A stretch of 64,000 bases of DNA from Octopus sinensis. Lineage: Eukaryota. The stretch covers positions 28,892,001 to 28,956,000 of the forward strand of contig NC_043005.1 in assembly GCF_006345805.1 (NCBI RefSeq), read 5' to 3'. The translations under genes were made by a program, and so were the position numbers. Positions within the stretch are counted from its first letter, which is position 1, and each line of letters opens with the position of its first letter. Below the pieces are notes generated by a model. That model did not search any database. It saw nothing but the letters and a program-made list of their open reading frames with translations, and was not told the origin of the DNA. Below, piece after piece: positions 44,434-57,746 of the stretch.

Positions 44434-44942
44434 ATGCGTGTATATCTTAATGTATAAAACAGAGTTTGTGTGTGTCTGTGTGCATGCATATATTCCTTAT
44501 GGATTAAAAAACTGAGTTGCTAATTTTGCTTTTTTTACTACAAAAATAACCCTGAAAACGAGGTCAGGTCACACAATTATGAGGTCTTTAGCTAAGGGAG
44601 GCAACTCTGCTAGAACAATCTTCATCAATACTCGATATAACGACAAATGTAAACACACACACATGCACAGATTAGGTGCAAGAATGACTGTGTGGTGAAG
44701 AAGTTTGCTTCCCCACCAATGGTTCCACGTTCAGTCCCTCTGCATGGTACTTTGGGCAAGTGTTTTCTACTATAGCCTTACGCCAACCACAGACTTGTGA
44801 CTGAATTTGGTGAATGGAAATGACCAAAAAGAGTTGTTTGCTTCATACTCCTCGTGTGCTGATTCTGCTCATAAGAAAAGAACAAATAATAATACAATGT
44901 GGCTGTAGGTCATAACACCTGGGCAATGCCAGGGTACATTGC

Positions 44943-45010
<68 letters not shown>

Positions 45011-45039
45011 ATATATAAATCACACAGCTCTCCTTGTCC

Positions 45040-45660
45040 ACTCCCAAACAATGGAAAGAATCCTGGGTAGAGGTAGACCCAGGAAGACATAGGATGAGGT
45101 GAAGCATGACCTTCGAACGTTGGGCCTCACAGAAGCAATGATAAAAGACCAAGACCTCTGGAGGTATGCTGCGACTGAGAAGACCCAGCAAATAAAGTGA
45201 GTTCACAGCTGTAACCTACACCAGTGTCACATAACCAGCCCACTCAAATGTACCTTGGATCGTAGGGCGACATGCCATGCTTGAGGAGACCTATTGAGTC
45301 AAGTACATCAACATCAGCAATATCAAAATCAAATCAAATGGAAATTGCAGTTGTGACCCTCGTGCTGGTAGCACGTAATAAGCACCATCCAAACGTGGCT
45401 GATGCCAGTGCTGCTTTGACTGGCTTCCATGCCATTGGCATGTAAAAAGCACCATCCGATCATGGTCAACACCAGCTCTTCTGGCCCCTGTGCCAGTGGC
45501 ACGTAAAAAGCACCCACTATACTCTCGGAGTGGTTGGCATTAGGAAGGGTATCCAGCTGTAGAAACATTTGGGTCTGGTGCAGCCTCCTGGCTTCCCAGA
45601 TCCCAGTTGAACAGTTGAACCCATGCCAGCATGGAAAACAGACGTTAAACGATGATGATG
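45040..45660 (+). mobile_element. 5'-truncated RTE LINE (ORF end plus 3' UTR)
   Basis: Translation GRGRPRKT*DEVKHDLRTLGLTEAMIKDQDLWRYAATEKTQ, followed by the family D UTR and (GAT)n. Confidence 0.85.
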
Positions 45661-46109
45661 ATATATATATACAAAACAAGTGATCTAAACAATTATGTAT
45701 GCTCGGATTACTAGGGCTCCAAGATTATAGCCTAAGGACTTCTACTAAAGTTTCTATAAGTTGGAAAGTTGAACTACAAACTTTTATGCTTCTTTTTTCT
45801 TTCTTTCCATCTCCTTATTCTGATCCCCATTCCTTATGAGTATGCCCAGCATTTTGCCACCATCTCTATCCTGCTGTCTCCCACTCTCTCTCTCTCTCTC
45901 CTTCCCCTGCACTTCTCTGAAGTTGGGTAACCATGTATTTCCTTTGTGGTAGCGCACCTGTTTCAGTCTTCATTCCTGATCGATCTCTCTCTCTCCCTCA
46001 GCCAGGTAACCTTGTACTTCTTCTACAGCCAGACACCTGTTTCTGTCTCTCTGTCTCATTATCATCTTTCATCATCTGACACAAGATCACCTCCTCCAAT
46101 GCCCCATAC

Positions 46110-46600
46110 CCTCCTGTACAGATCTCTTTTCAAAATAAATGCAGGTATGAACTGCAAAACGCAAAACCTCATATACTGCCTTATCTGCCCAAACTGCAAA
46201 AAAAATTACATTGGCGAAACAAATAATTCCCTCTGCCAAAGTGCAAGAATCCACTGGCAACATATCCAACAAGAGGAATTACGCAAGATTCCATTAAGTA
46301 ACCATCTGGAAATATGCAGTGATGGAAAATTCAAAATTTTTCCCTTTTACAAATGTGCACAGGACGATCTGCAATACTGAAAAGCAATGGAACTACATTT
46401 CATCAAAGAATTCTCTCCAAAGTTGAATGTTTGAAATAAAAGCGGAGACAGTACATTTTGTATTCTAAGTATAACTCAAATATCAGAAACATAATGCTCT
46501 TCTCTGTAAATATTCAGATGTAAATGTGTGGCATTCACGTGTTCAGAGCTTTGCGTATTTTCTAGTTTGTAAGTATTACACTAATGTTCTCTGACGCAAC
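46110..46600 (+). mobile_element. Penelope GIY-YIG 3' fragment
   Basis: Translation FKINAGMNCKTQNLIYCLICPNCKKNYIGETNNSLCQSARIHWQHI...HLEICSDGKFKIFPFYKC. Confidence 0.8.
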
Positions 46601-47089
46601 AACATGAAATTGGAAGAGGCATGATCAAAGTTACACAGTATAAACATGGACATGTTTCCAAACACACACACACACACATGCACACACACACACATGCACA
46701 CACACACATGCACACACACTTCATTAAGGGATTCTCTCCGAAATTGAATATTTGAAGATAAAGCGGAGAATTTAAATTTTTTTATTCCAAATGTGACTCA
46801 TATATATATATTTAAAATATTAGAAAAAAACCACCTTTTATCAATTCAAAATGAATAATTAAATTACACCATCTAGAAAATTACATATAATAGAAAAGTT
46901 AAAATTAAATAACAATTAAAAAGTAAAGATTAAGTATATATGAATGGGAACGTGAAACTCTGAGTAACAGATTTTGTTATATTTCTGCTGCTTTTAAATA
47001 AAGCATATTACTCTACCTCTGGTATTTGAGTACTCTTTTTTTCCACCTTGTTTCACACTTATGTGCTTACTCCAGTATATATCTATCTA

Positions 47090-47137
<48 letters not shown>

Positions 47138-47479
47138 TTAATTTAATTTGAAAATATTATACTAATGTCTTTTCATGCAGAATTACATTTCATCAAAAAA
47201 TTCTCTCCAAAATTGAATGTTAAAAAAAAAAAGTGGGGAGACAGTACATTTTGTATTCTAAATATGATTCAGAGGAGAAAAAGAAAGAAAGAGGGGAAAA
47301 AAAGATGGAAGGGGAAGAGAGAAAGAAAGCAAAAAGACTGTTTTTTTCCTTTTGAAGAAGTCACCACCCTTAAACCCCTTCCAATACAATGGTAAAAGAC
47401 TAAATAAATAAATGAATGGTGAATAGAAAGGGGGATACCCCTTTTCTCTCTCTCTCTCTTTCTCCCTCTACCTATCTAT

Positions 47480-47555
47480 TTATCTGTCTGACTATCTATC
47501 TATCTTTCTATCTATCTACCTACCTACCTACCTACCTACCTACCTACCTACCTAC

Positions 47556-47592
<37 letters not shown>

Positions 47593-47610
47593 AGCCTATC
47601 TACCTACCTA
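47480..47610 (+). repeat. Compound (TCTA)n/(CCTA)n microsatellite
   Basis: Directly visible. Confidence 0.9.
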
Positions 47611-47847
47611 TAACCTCACCCAAAAAAACAAAATCAATGTTCTGTTCTAAACAACCCTCCACAAACATTTGTTTTATATAAATGAACAGGCTGTTTGTAC
47701 ATTCACTAAATTTTATTTGACAAGTTCTAGAAAGGAACAAAAGCACTAATAATAATGAAGAAATGAAAAGATTTTTTCCCCAAAATTCTGACTTTTTTTC
47801 AATATTCAATTTCTGTACATCACACCTATCACTCTATGCACATATAT

Positions 47848-47911
<64 letters not shown>

Positions 47912-48580
47912 CACATACACACACACCATACCATGTGTGACCTCAAATAGGTGCCTGAATAGGTGACCTCAGATCAGTAGGCACCCCACTAGTCATCTTT
48001 TGACAATTCACAACAATATTGACCACTCCAAAGTATTCCATTTCTTTATTCTTGATGGACTTAACTCTCCTTCTCTCTCCCTTCTCCATTACTATTAGTC
48101 TTATCTTTATCTTTATTTTTATTTCATTCACTTCTTCTTCTTCTTCTTCTACTACACATATATTTTCCCTTTTTGTGTATATTTTTTGTGTGTATACTTG
48201 TAAGAACATTTTTTTGCTATTTAACTGTTTCATTACCATATTTATTTTGAGATGCTTTGTGTTTTAAATATAACAAAGAAATTAGTTAACCAACTTAGTT
48301 ATCATTAAGCTAGTGTTAAGAACATAAATCATGACTAAGGTTTGGTGGAAGATTTTAATACAAAACTTATGAAAACAAGACATATGTACAACAGAGCCAG
48401 AGGCAGTTTTAGTTGGGTTGGTATTGAAAGGTTTAAGCAAGCAGAAAAACATATTTTTCAGTTTGGAAATGGTTATTTGAAACTTGAAACTCATACCAGA
48501 GTCACTCACTGTAAACATTATTATTAAGATAAAAATTATTCAAAAACACCATCTCTACTCATTTTTTCAAATATATATAT

Positions 48581-48635
<55 letters not shown>

Positions 48636-49005
48636 GGCGCAGGAGTTTACCAACCACATGGTTCCGGGTTCAGTCCTACTGCGTGGCACCTTGGGCAAGT
48701 GTCTTCTACTATAACCTCGGGCCGACCAAAGCCTTGTGAGTGGATTTGGTAGACGGAAACTGAAAGAAGCCCGTTGTATATATATATATATATATATGCG
48801 TGTGTGTGTCTGTGTTTGTCCCCCTAGCATTGCCTGACAACCGATGCTGGTGTGTTTATGTCCCCATTACTTAGCGGTTCAGCAAAAGAAACCGATAGAA
48901 TAAGTACTGGGCTTACAAAAGAATAAGTCCCAGGGTCGAGTTGCTCGATTAAAGGCAGTGCTCCAGCATGGCCACAGTCAAATGACTGAAACAAGTAAAA
49001 GAGTA
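48636..49005 (+). mobile_element. CORE-type SINE family C, young, with a head deletion
   Basis: Reads ggcgcaggagt-(deletion)-ttaccaaccacatggttccgggttcagtcc...ggcaccttgggcaagtgtcttctactataacctcgggccgacc...aagtaaaagagta. Confidence 0.85.
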
Positions 49006-49967
49006 TATATTCAAAATAAGCTACAAGAATATCTTCGGTAATTTGGTACGATCGTTTCACGCTACATCATTTTATTAAACATTGTAAGTATTACAACAGT
49101 TTTAAAATGTTGAGCAACCATCAGCCATTTATAGAGGTTTCCCATTAATATATATTTTCATATTAATTGATAACATTATAGAGAGGGTAGATACTTAAGT
49201 ACCATATTCATTTGAATCTAAATTTTGCTGAACTTATATATATGTATATATATAAAATCAAAATAAGCAACAAGGATATCCAGAGGTAATGCAGTACGAT
49301 TGTTTCATAAAGACATAAAATTTAATTAAATTAAAACAGATGGGACACATTTGTATAATTATACCTAAAATCTCCAAGAAGTATACCATACTAAATTCTG
49401 GTGCCTCAACTTAAGTACCATATTCATCTGAATCTAATTTATTTTAATCACTTTACTTTGAAATTGTATGGATAATACCATACTAAATTCTGGTGCCTAA
49501 ACTTAAATACCATATTCATCTGAATCTAAATTCTTGCTGAACTCATCTACCATGCCCTAACCATAACCCTAATTTACAAAAAAAAACAAGACAAAGATAG
49601 GTGTGTAAACAAGAAACAGATGTATTAGTTTAATGCTCGGGAAGTGAGAAAAACTTTTACGTTACAAGCCTACAGTCTTCGACAGAATGGAACACAGAAA
49701 TAAACAGGGAGAGAAAATAGAAAAAGGTTTAGTGGCTAGTGATCTATCAAGGCAAATGCTGGACAGAGGACTCACACAGGAGAGCTAGGATAAAGGGAAG
49801 ATAATAAAGTAGTGGTGATCCCAAAACAAAGGTGTATGTGTGTGTAGAAGGGGACTGGTGATCTTGACATGTGCGTGTGTGCATGTGTAGGTGTGTGGAT
49901 GATGGTGTGGGTGCTGGGAAGTGGTCTGTTCAGTGTATGGTGGTGTGTGGGGGAGGCGAGAGTGGAT

Positions 49968-52110
49968 ATCATCATCATCGTTTAACGTTTGCTTTCCATG
50001 CTAGTATGGATTGGACGATTTGACTGAGTTCTGGCAAACCAGATGGCTACACCAGATTCCAATCTGATCTGGCAGAGTTTCTACAGCTGGATGCCCTTCC
50101 TAACGCCAACCACTCTGAGAATGTAGTGGATGCTTTCACGTGCCACTGGTACGAGGGCCAGTCAGGTGGTACTGGCAACGGCCATGCTCAAATGGTGTTT
50201 TTTATGTGCCACCTGCACAGGAGCCAGTCCAGTGGCACTGGCAATGACCTCGCTTGAATGTTTTTTCACGTGCCACTAGCACAAGTGCTAGTAAGGCAAT
50301 GCAGGTAACAATCATGCACGAATGGTGTTTCTAACATGCCATTGGCTTGGAGGCCAGCTTGTTGCTCTGGCCCCAATCTCACTTGTATGGTACTCTTAGT
50401 GCTCCACTAGCAAGGATGCCAGTCATCAAATTTGATTTTGATTTCACTTTCCTCAGCAAGTCTTCGCAAGCAGAGTTTAGTGTCCAATGAAGGAAAGGCA
50501 TGCATAAGTAGAGTGGTTACACCCCTGGCATAGGATACAAGGTTATGGTTTCACTTGCGCTTGCTGAGTCTTCTCAAGCACAGCATATTTCCAGAGGTCC
50601 TGGTCACTAGTCATTGCCTCGGTGAGGAACAGTGTTTGAAAGTCATCCTTCACCACCTCATCCCAGGTCTTCCTGGGTCTACCTCTTCCACAGGTTCCCT
50701 CAGCTGCTAGGGTGTGGCACTTTTTCACACAGCTATCCACATCCATTCTTACCACATGACCATACCAGCGCAGTCGTCTCTCTTGCACACTACATCTGAT
50801 GCTTCTTAGGTCCAACCTTTCTCTCAAGGCACTAACACTCAGTTGAGTATGCACACTGACATTATACATCCATCAGAGCATGCTAGCTTCATTCCTTGCG
50901 AGCTTACACATGTCCACAGCAGTCACAGCCCATGTTTTACCGCCATGTAGCATGGCTGTTTGTACACATGTGTCGTACAGTCTACCTTTTACTCTGAGCA
51001 AGAGGCCCTTTGTCACCAGCAGAGGTAAGAGCTCTCTGAACTTACCCCAGGCTATTCTTATTCTAGCAGCTACACTTTCAGTGCACCCTCCCCAGCTACT
51101 GACTTGGTTACCTAGGTAATTTTCAGTGTTTATTGCTCCCGAGCATTTGCCACATACAAAAACTATCCTCCCAGTTAGCCTTCCTTTGATATTGCTGCAC
51201 CTCTTATGTGTCCATACCTTAAACTGGGTACATCTTATAGAGTTTCTACCTACGCCTTTTCTACAGATCAAGCAAGGCCATCTACCTGAAGGGATTTGTG
51301 GTTTGTCTGCCTTCCTGCTTATTAGGACTTTGGTTTTAGCTAGGTTGACTCTAAGGCCCTTCAATTCTAATCCTTGTTTCCATACTTGAAACTTCTTTAG
51401 TTCTGGATAGTGACTCAGCAATTAGAGCAAAGTCATCATCATAGAGGAGCTCCCAGGGGCATCCTGTCTTGAATTCCTCCCTTATTGCCTGGAGGACTAT
51501 GATAAATAGGAGGAGGCTGAGGACTGAGCCTTGGTGGACCCCTACCTCTATCCTGAATTCTTCACTGTATTCGTTGTCAACCCTCACCTTACTGAGAGCA
51601 GACTCTGTCAAAGGCTTTCTCCATGTCAACGAAAGCCAGGTATAGGGGCTTATCTTTGGCTAGGTATTTCTCCTGCAGCTGTCTTACCAGAAATGTAGCA
51701 TCAGCGTTGCTTTTCCCTGGCACGAAACCAAACTGCATCTCATCTAAACTAACTCTCTTTCTAATTAGTTGGGCTGTGACCCTCTCCGTGATCTTCATTA
51801 CCTGATCCAACAGCTTGATACCTCTGTAATTATTTGTATCTAAAGCATCACCTTCACCTTTGTAGCAGTTTACTATGCTGCTACACCAGTCATTGGGTAT
51901 GACTCCTTCGTGTATCACCTGATTAACCATACGGGTGACCAGGCTATAGCCGACACTGCCAGATATTTTGAGCATCTCTGCAGTAATTCCTGATGGGCCA
52001 GGAGCTTTCCCTGTCTTCATGCTTTTAATTGCTTTATCTACCAAGGTACTGTCAACTTGGATAGCTGGTTCCTCTGTTGGGTCAACATTCAGCAGACTCT
52101 CTTTCTCCCA
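49968..52110 (-). mobile_element. RTE-clade LINE: RT domain to 3' end, frameshifted
   Basis: ORFs 51589-52146, 51351-51629, 50873-51421 and 50543-50869 give KTGKAPGPSG, NYRGIKLL, QFGFVPG, FVDMEKAFDRV, GVHQGSVLS, ELLYDDD and LRWYGHVVRM...GRGRPRKTW. The 3' UTR ends in (GAT)n at 49968-49980. Confidence 0.92.
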
Positions 52111-53562
52111 TTCATATATATATATATATAATACAAAATGGGACAAGAACGCAAAACATCCAGACAGTTAGGTGATACAAAAAGGGACAACAAAACATCC
52201 AGATAGACGATACAAAGAAAACAAGGATAGGTCATTTGAAGTTTTCTTTCCTCAGTTGAGTACCAGATTATCTTTGCAATTTCAGCTGATTATACTTGAG
52301 ATTGCTCCAATCTGGCCAGCCCCTAGGAAAAACTAAGCTAAGAGCATTAGATTCCTTGGAAGAAAGCAATGAAAGTATACAAAAACAAGAACGGAAATAA
52401 ATGGACAATGTTACACAAATACAATAAAAATAATAACAGGACATAACAACAGGTGTCTTTCGACTAAGGACAAATTAAATTAAGCTGGCATGTGTGGAAA
52501 TGAAGCCTTACAGCAGGGATACAAGATTTCACACACAGAGGGAGAAATATTGATGTTGCACGGACAAAGGCCAGACCATATATATATATATATATATGTA
52601 ATTTTTTGGACTAATGAGTATACGTCAGTTAGTGTGTTGAGTAAAGCACATTCACAGTTTGGGCTACCTGGTGTATATAAAATATACCACGGCTGGGGTA
52701 TATTTTACTAGTGGATCTACTTCAAGAATTCTGCAATGTTAGCTGAGATAATAATAACTGATGAAGGAAACAGAAGATATATTTGGTACTAGTCTTTATT
52801 CAGTACAACAATCATTTCGAATCCTCCTGTGACTATTGTTTATGGGTAGGATGTTGTGCATCCAATTGTATTGCATCGATCAGTGCAGTCTGGGGTACAT
52901 CAGGTACATGTGTACATAAATTGTTGTCCCGCTAAATATACTGAGTTCTTGCAGGCTTGATGCTGTTGTTTATCTGCTGCGCCCTGGTTGGAAGCAACAC
53001 TGAAAGGACCCATCTTGGCTCTCACATAAGATCTGTGAGACACGGAAGTCAAACCTGATTCGGCAGCTGTGTTGGTGTGGGTCATGTAGTAAGAGGAAGA
53101 GGAGGATGCCAGCTGAAGGGATTGTGTGGGGAGGGAGGAGGAGGGGAAAGCAAGAGCTAAGATCAGAGCCCTGCAAGGATAACAAAGAGAAGGGCTGGTT
53201 CTGATGTCCCCCCCTCTTAATATTATTAATTATATCCATTCTGATCACCATCTCATTAACTTCAGCAATGAGGTCTGTCATGATCACTAGTTGTGCTCTA
53301 GATACCATTCATTAGCTCCACCTCTGCGTATTTATCACTCTTATTTTTCCACTCTACAAACAATCTGAGAGGGACTAGCATAATGATACAACTAGTATTA
53401 ATGCTGGTCATCTCAGTTGTTATCCAGATGGTTCCAGTAGTTTTACAGATGGCTCCAGTAGGTGTACAGAAGATCCCATTTGCTGTCCCAGTTGCTGTAC
53501 AGAAGTTATGTAGTTTACTAATAAATCATCAGCTGTGATTATCCAGTATTGATTGTAAGTAA

Positions 53563-54349
53563 CCCTTTCATTACAGTATTTCTTTTGAGATGTTATGTGT
53601 TTCTTTCAATTACTTTAAATATAACAAAGAATTTAGTAAAATAACTTAGTTATCATTAAGTTAGTGTTAAGAACATAAATTGTGATTAAGGTTTGGTGGA
53701 AGATTTTAAATCCAAACTTATGAAAACAAGACATTTGTACTCAGAGCCAGAGCTGGTTTCAGCCAGGTTTGTAACGAAAGGGTTAATGTTATCTTAAGAT
53801 TCAAACATAAGCACAGTTAAGTTTGAGATTTGTTTGTCAATGGTTCAGTGAAGGATAAAGGACTCATTCTATAACATTCACAAACCTTTTCAGATTGGTG
53901 ATATTAAAGTAGGTGATACTCAGCTTGAAATTTGGTAAGCTGACAACTGTAGAGGAAGATAAGTTAAATATAAGTCTAAATTTGAACTAAATTTGTGGAT
54001 TAGTTGAAATGTTGATTTAACAAAATGTGGATATCAACATAACTGTAATATAGAAAAGGTTTTCTAACATTTGTAATTGTCTTTTTCTTAAAACTGCCTA
54101 TATATTTTAAAAAAATTATTTTGTTTAATCCTTTCGTTACTCTATTTATTTTGAGATGCTCTGTGTTTCTTTCAATTGCTTTAAATATAACAAAGAATTT
54201 AGTAAAATAACTTAGTTATCATTCAGCTAGTGTTAGGAACATAAATTGTGACTAAGGTATGGTGGAAGATTTTAATTCAAAACTTATGATAACAAGACAT
54301 TTGTAATACAGAGCCAGAGCTGGTTTCAGCCAGGTTGGTAACGAAAGGG
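53563..54349. mobile_element. Two piggyBac-type MITE copies (53563-53782 and 54129-54349)
   Basis: TIRs ccctttc(a/g)ttac / gtaacgaaaggg, with TTAA on the right flank of both. Confidence 0.8.
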
Positions 54350-56149
54350 TTAAACTGATATAGATTTCTAAGACAGACTCAAGGCTACAAATTTAGGGGT
54401 AAATTATTGTTAATTTTATTGATCTGATTATTTGATTGGTGTAAATTTCATTAACTCATTGAAAGATGAAACACACACAGAGTGGGTGGGATTTGAACTC
54501 AGAATCTAAAAGGACACAACAAAATAAAATACTGAAATAAATCTTGTTTGGTAATCTGCTGATTATACCAAACTCAAGATAAACACTGAATCAAGAGATA
54601 TCTGGCTACTGAGTCAAGTATCTCAGTTGATTATAGAGAATCTTGCTTGTTAGTTTGTGTAGTCCCCACTTTGAGGGCAGGAAAGATGTTTGCAGAAGGG
54701 CCAGTTTAGATTAGGTCCCTTGGGGATTAGCAGATATGGTGGTAGTCAGTGGCATAGCTAATGTGTATGCTTTCTGGGGTAGCCTTTGCGTTTACAGCCC
54801 CACTGCTGTGTCCTCTATTCTATATAGGCTTATGCAGCAGGCCCAAAAGTGCTGCCCTCCAAAAAAGCATTGCTTAGACAGACTGTTTCCCTTGTCCCAT
54901 CCAGCTACCCGACTGGTAGTGATGATGGTGAAGATGGTAGGCTAAAGACAGCAATGGCAGTGCAGATGGTTGCATTTACAAGTGAGAGATAAAGTGGAAG
55001 GTGAAGGAAGAGGTAGCCATCATTGATTGTGCTCTGAGTGAGCAGCTTAAGTGAAACAGACGTAATGTTATGAAATATTAGGTTTTTACGTTTTAATACC
55101 TCATGGCCTGGTTCAGTCAGATTTACTTTTTGTCTGTCTGTCTGTCTGTCTCTACCACACACACACACACACACACACACATGCATGCATACACATACAA
55201 ATTTTATCATACACATCTACACACAAGACACAGTTTCTTGTACACAGACATATAAACATACACATACTCATGCACACACACACACACACACAATTTTTCA
55301 TAGATATACATTCATACACACGCATACAATTGCAAAGGCAATAACACACAGACAAGTATGATATAAAGTGAGAGAGAGAGAGAGAAAGAGAGCAAGAAGG
55401 GAGTAGAAGGTAGACAGCAGCGGGGGTTGGAATGAGGTGAAGACGAGTTGCAAAGTCATAATGAAATAAAGAGCTGGAGGGGATTTGAGGAGGGAGAGAG
55501 AGAGAGAGAGATGGGGAGGAATGATAGATTTAGCGAGGAGAGGTGTTGTGTGTGTGGGTGGGGTGTAAGGATACCCTCCACTTACAACAATAATGAATAA
55601 GTCACAACTTCCATTGCTAAAGAAGTATTATCTTTTAATCGGTTATTATAGTATTAAATGTGTACCCACCACCCATTCCATGCTCAGTCTACTGAAACCA
55701 TAAGACATGAAGTTTAAATGTGGTATTGTATAACATATAGGCACCCGAAATTTTTGGAGAGGGATCAAGTTGGTTAGATTGACCCCAGTGCGCAACTGAT
55801 ACTTAATTTGTTGACCCCGAAAGGATGAAAGGCAAAGTCAACTTCAGCGGAATTTGAACTCAGAATGTAAAGACAGACAAAATACCCCTAAGCATTTCGC
55901 CTGGTGTGCTAACATTCCTGCCAGCTCGCAGCATTAGATATTTGAAATATTGAAGTCTATTTATTACCAGTTTAGAAGAATAACAAATGGTAAGTTTCTA
56001 CCCAGTGCTAGTAACAAACTATTTTTGGTGGGGTGGGGTGGGGGTGGATGCCTGCCTCAGTTGAACTATTTTACAAACTTAGACTGAATTCATACTACTA
56101 TATTAAATCTCATCTAAAATATTAATTTTCTTTGAATAATTGTAATTAG

Positions 56150-56500
56150 TATTAGAAATTGTAGTTGTGATCCCTGTGCCAATGGCACGTAAAAAGCACC
56201 ATCTGAACATGGCCAATGCCAGCGCCACCTTGACTGGCTTTTATGCCGGTGGCACGAAAAATGCACCATCTGATCGTGGTTGATGCCAGCCCCCTTTGGC
56301 TCCTGTGCCAGTGGCACGTAAAAAGCACCCATTACACTCTTGGAGTGGTATGCATTAGGATGGACATCCAACTGTAGAAACACTGTCAGATCAGACTGGA
56401 GTCTGGTGCAGCCCCCTGGCTTCCCAGACTCCAGTCGAACTGTCCAACCCATGCCAACATGGAAAACGGATGTTAAACGATGATGATGATGATGATGATG
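56150..56500 (+). mobile_element. RTE 3' tail repeat (family D)
   Basis: gtggcacg(t/a)aaaa..cacc modules, then gactggagtctggtgcagcc...ggaaaacggatgttaaacgatgatgat. Confidence 0.8.
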
Positions 56501-56868
56501 TAACACTAATTAGACTAGTATTAAAGTGTTCTTGAAGCACCTGTTTAAGGCGAAATGTTTAGTTTTGGTAGAGCCCAGTGCTAAGTGATGGGTGAAGATC
56601 TTGTACTTAGTTTTATTTAAAGGTTAGTATTTAGTTTTGATTTAACCCTTTAGTATTCAGATTAATCTGTCAATGTAATGCCTATTTATTCATCATCATC
56701 ATCATCCCCCTCCTCTCCTCCTCCCCCTCCTCCTCCTCCTCCTCATCATCATTGTTTAACACCCTCCTTCTATGCTGTGTGATGGTATTTATTTATATAT
56801 TTATTTGGGATCTTATTTATCATATATTTATATATTTATCTATAAATATACAAAGTATCTGATAAAAT

Positions 56869-57058
56869 TCAGTATTAATTCAATTTTGGGGGATTAATCG
56901 ATATGTGGGTATTCTATTTCAGATAATACAAAAATAACCTAATGAGTTTACTGTCAGATATAAGTTTATTGTCAGATATACTCATTAGGTTATTTTTGTA
57001 TTATCTGAAATAGAATACCTGCATATCAATTAATCCCCCAAAATTGAATTAATATTGA
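56869..57058. repeat. Palindrome of about 190 bp
   Basis: Arms of about 88 bp (ttcaattttgggggattaat...aataacctaatgagt / actcattaggttatt...attaatcccccaaaattgaa); the spacer holds a tandem duplicate tta(c/t)tgtcagatat. Confidence 0.9.
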
Positions 57059-57333
57059 AAATATATACATACATACATACATAAACATACATACGTACAT
57101 ACATACATACATACATACATACATACATAAATACATACATACAAAAATACCCTGTTGTTGATGTTGAAATTCCAATGAAGGAACCTTGGATCTAGGTTAG
57201 AAACCAGTTCTCACTCTATTGGCAAGAAATCTAGAAATAAACTGAGTAATGATATACATACATATATATATATATATATTATTGGATAAATACTATCCCT
57301 TAGTGGGTTACACCCATAACTCCTATCTTACTT

Positions 57334-57380
<47 letters not shown>

Positions 57381-57417
57381 GCATACATAAACATACATAC
57401 ATACATACATACATACA

Positions 57418-57475
<58 letters not shown>

Positions 57476-57477
<2 letters not shown>

Positions 57478-57690
57478 CGCAATGGCCTAGTGGTTAGGGC
57501 AGCGGACTTGCGGTCGGAGGATCGCGGTTTCGATTCCCAGACTGGGCGTTGTGTGTGTTTATTGAGCGAAAAAACACCTAAAAGCTCCACGAGGCTCCGG
57601 CAGAAGGTGGTGATCCCTGCTGTACTCTTTCACCACTCTAAAAGGCGGTGCTCCAGCATGGCTGCAGTCAAATGACTGAAACAAGTACAA
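57476..57690 (+). mobile_element. Chimeric SINE: family A 5' half joined to a family C tail
   Basis: Family A sequence runs to ctctttcaccac (57636), then aaaggcggtgctccagcatggctgcagtcaaatgactgaaacaagta from family C. Confidence 0.75.

Positions 57691-57746
<56 letters not shown>

Noticed and set aside
46591-46609. Stand-alone hammerhead call at ctgacgc...gaaa
   Set aside because: The core ends in C rather than A, there is no helix II pairing and helix I is unclear. It is mentioned only as positional context.
52225-52260. Minus-strand CTGAGGA-aag-aaaa-ctt as a hammerhead
   Set aside because: There is no GAAA after the stem and no helix I/III pairing in this copy.
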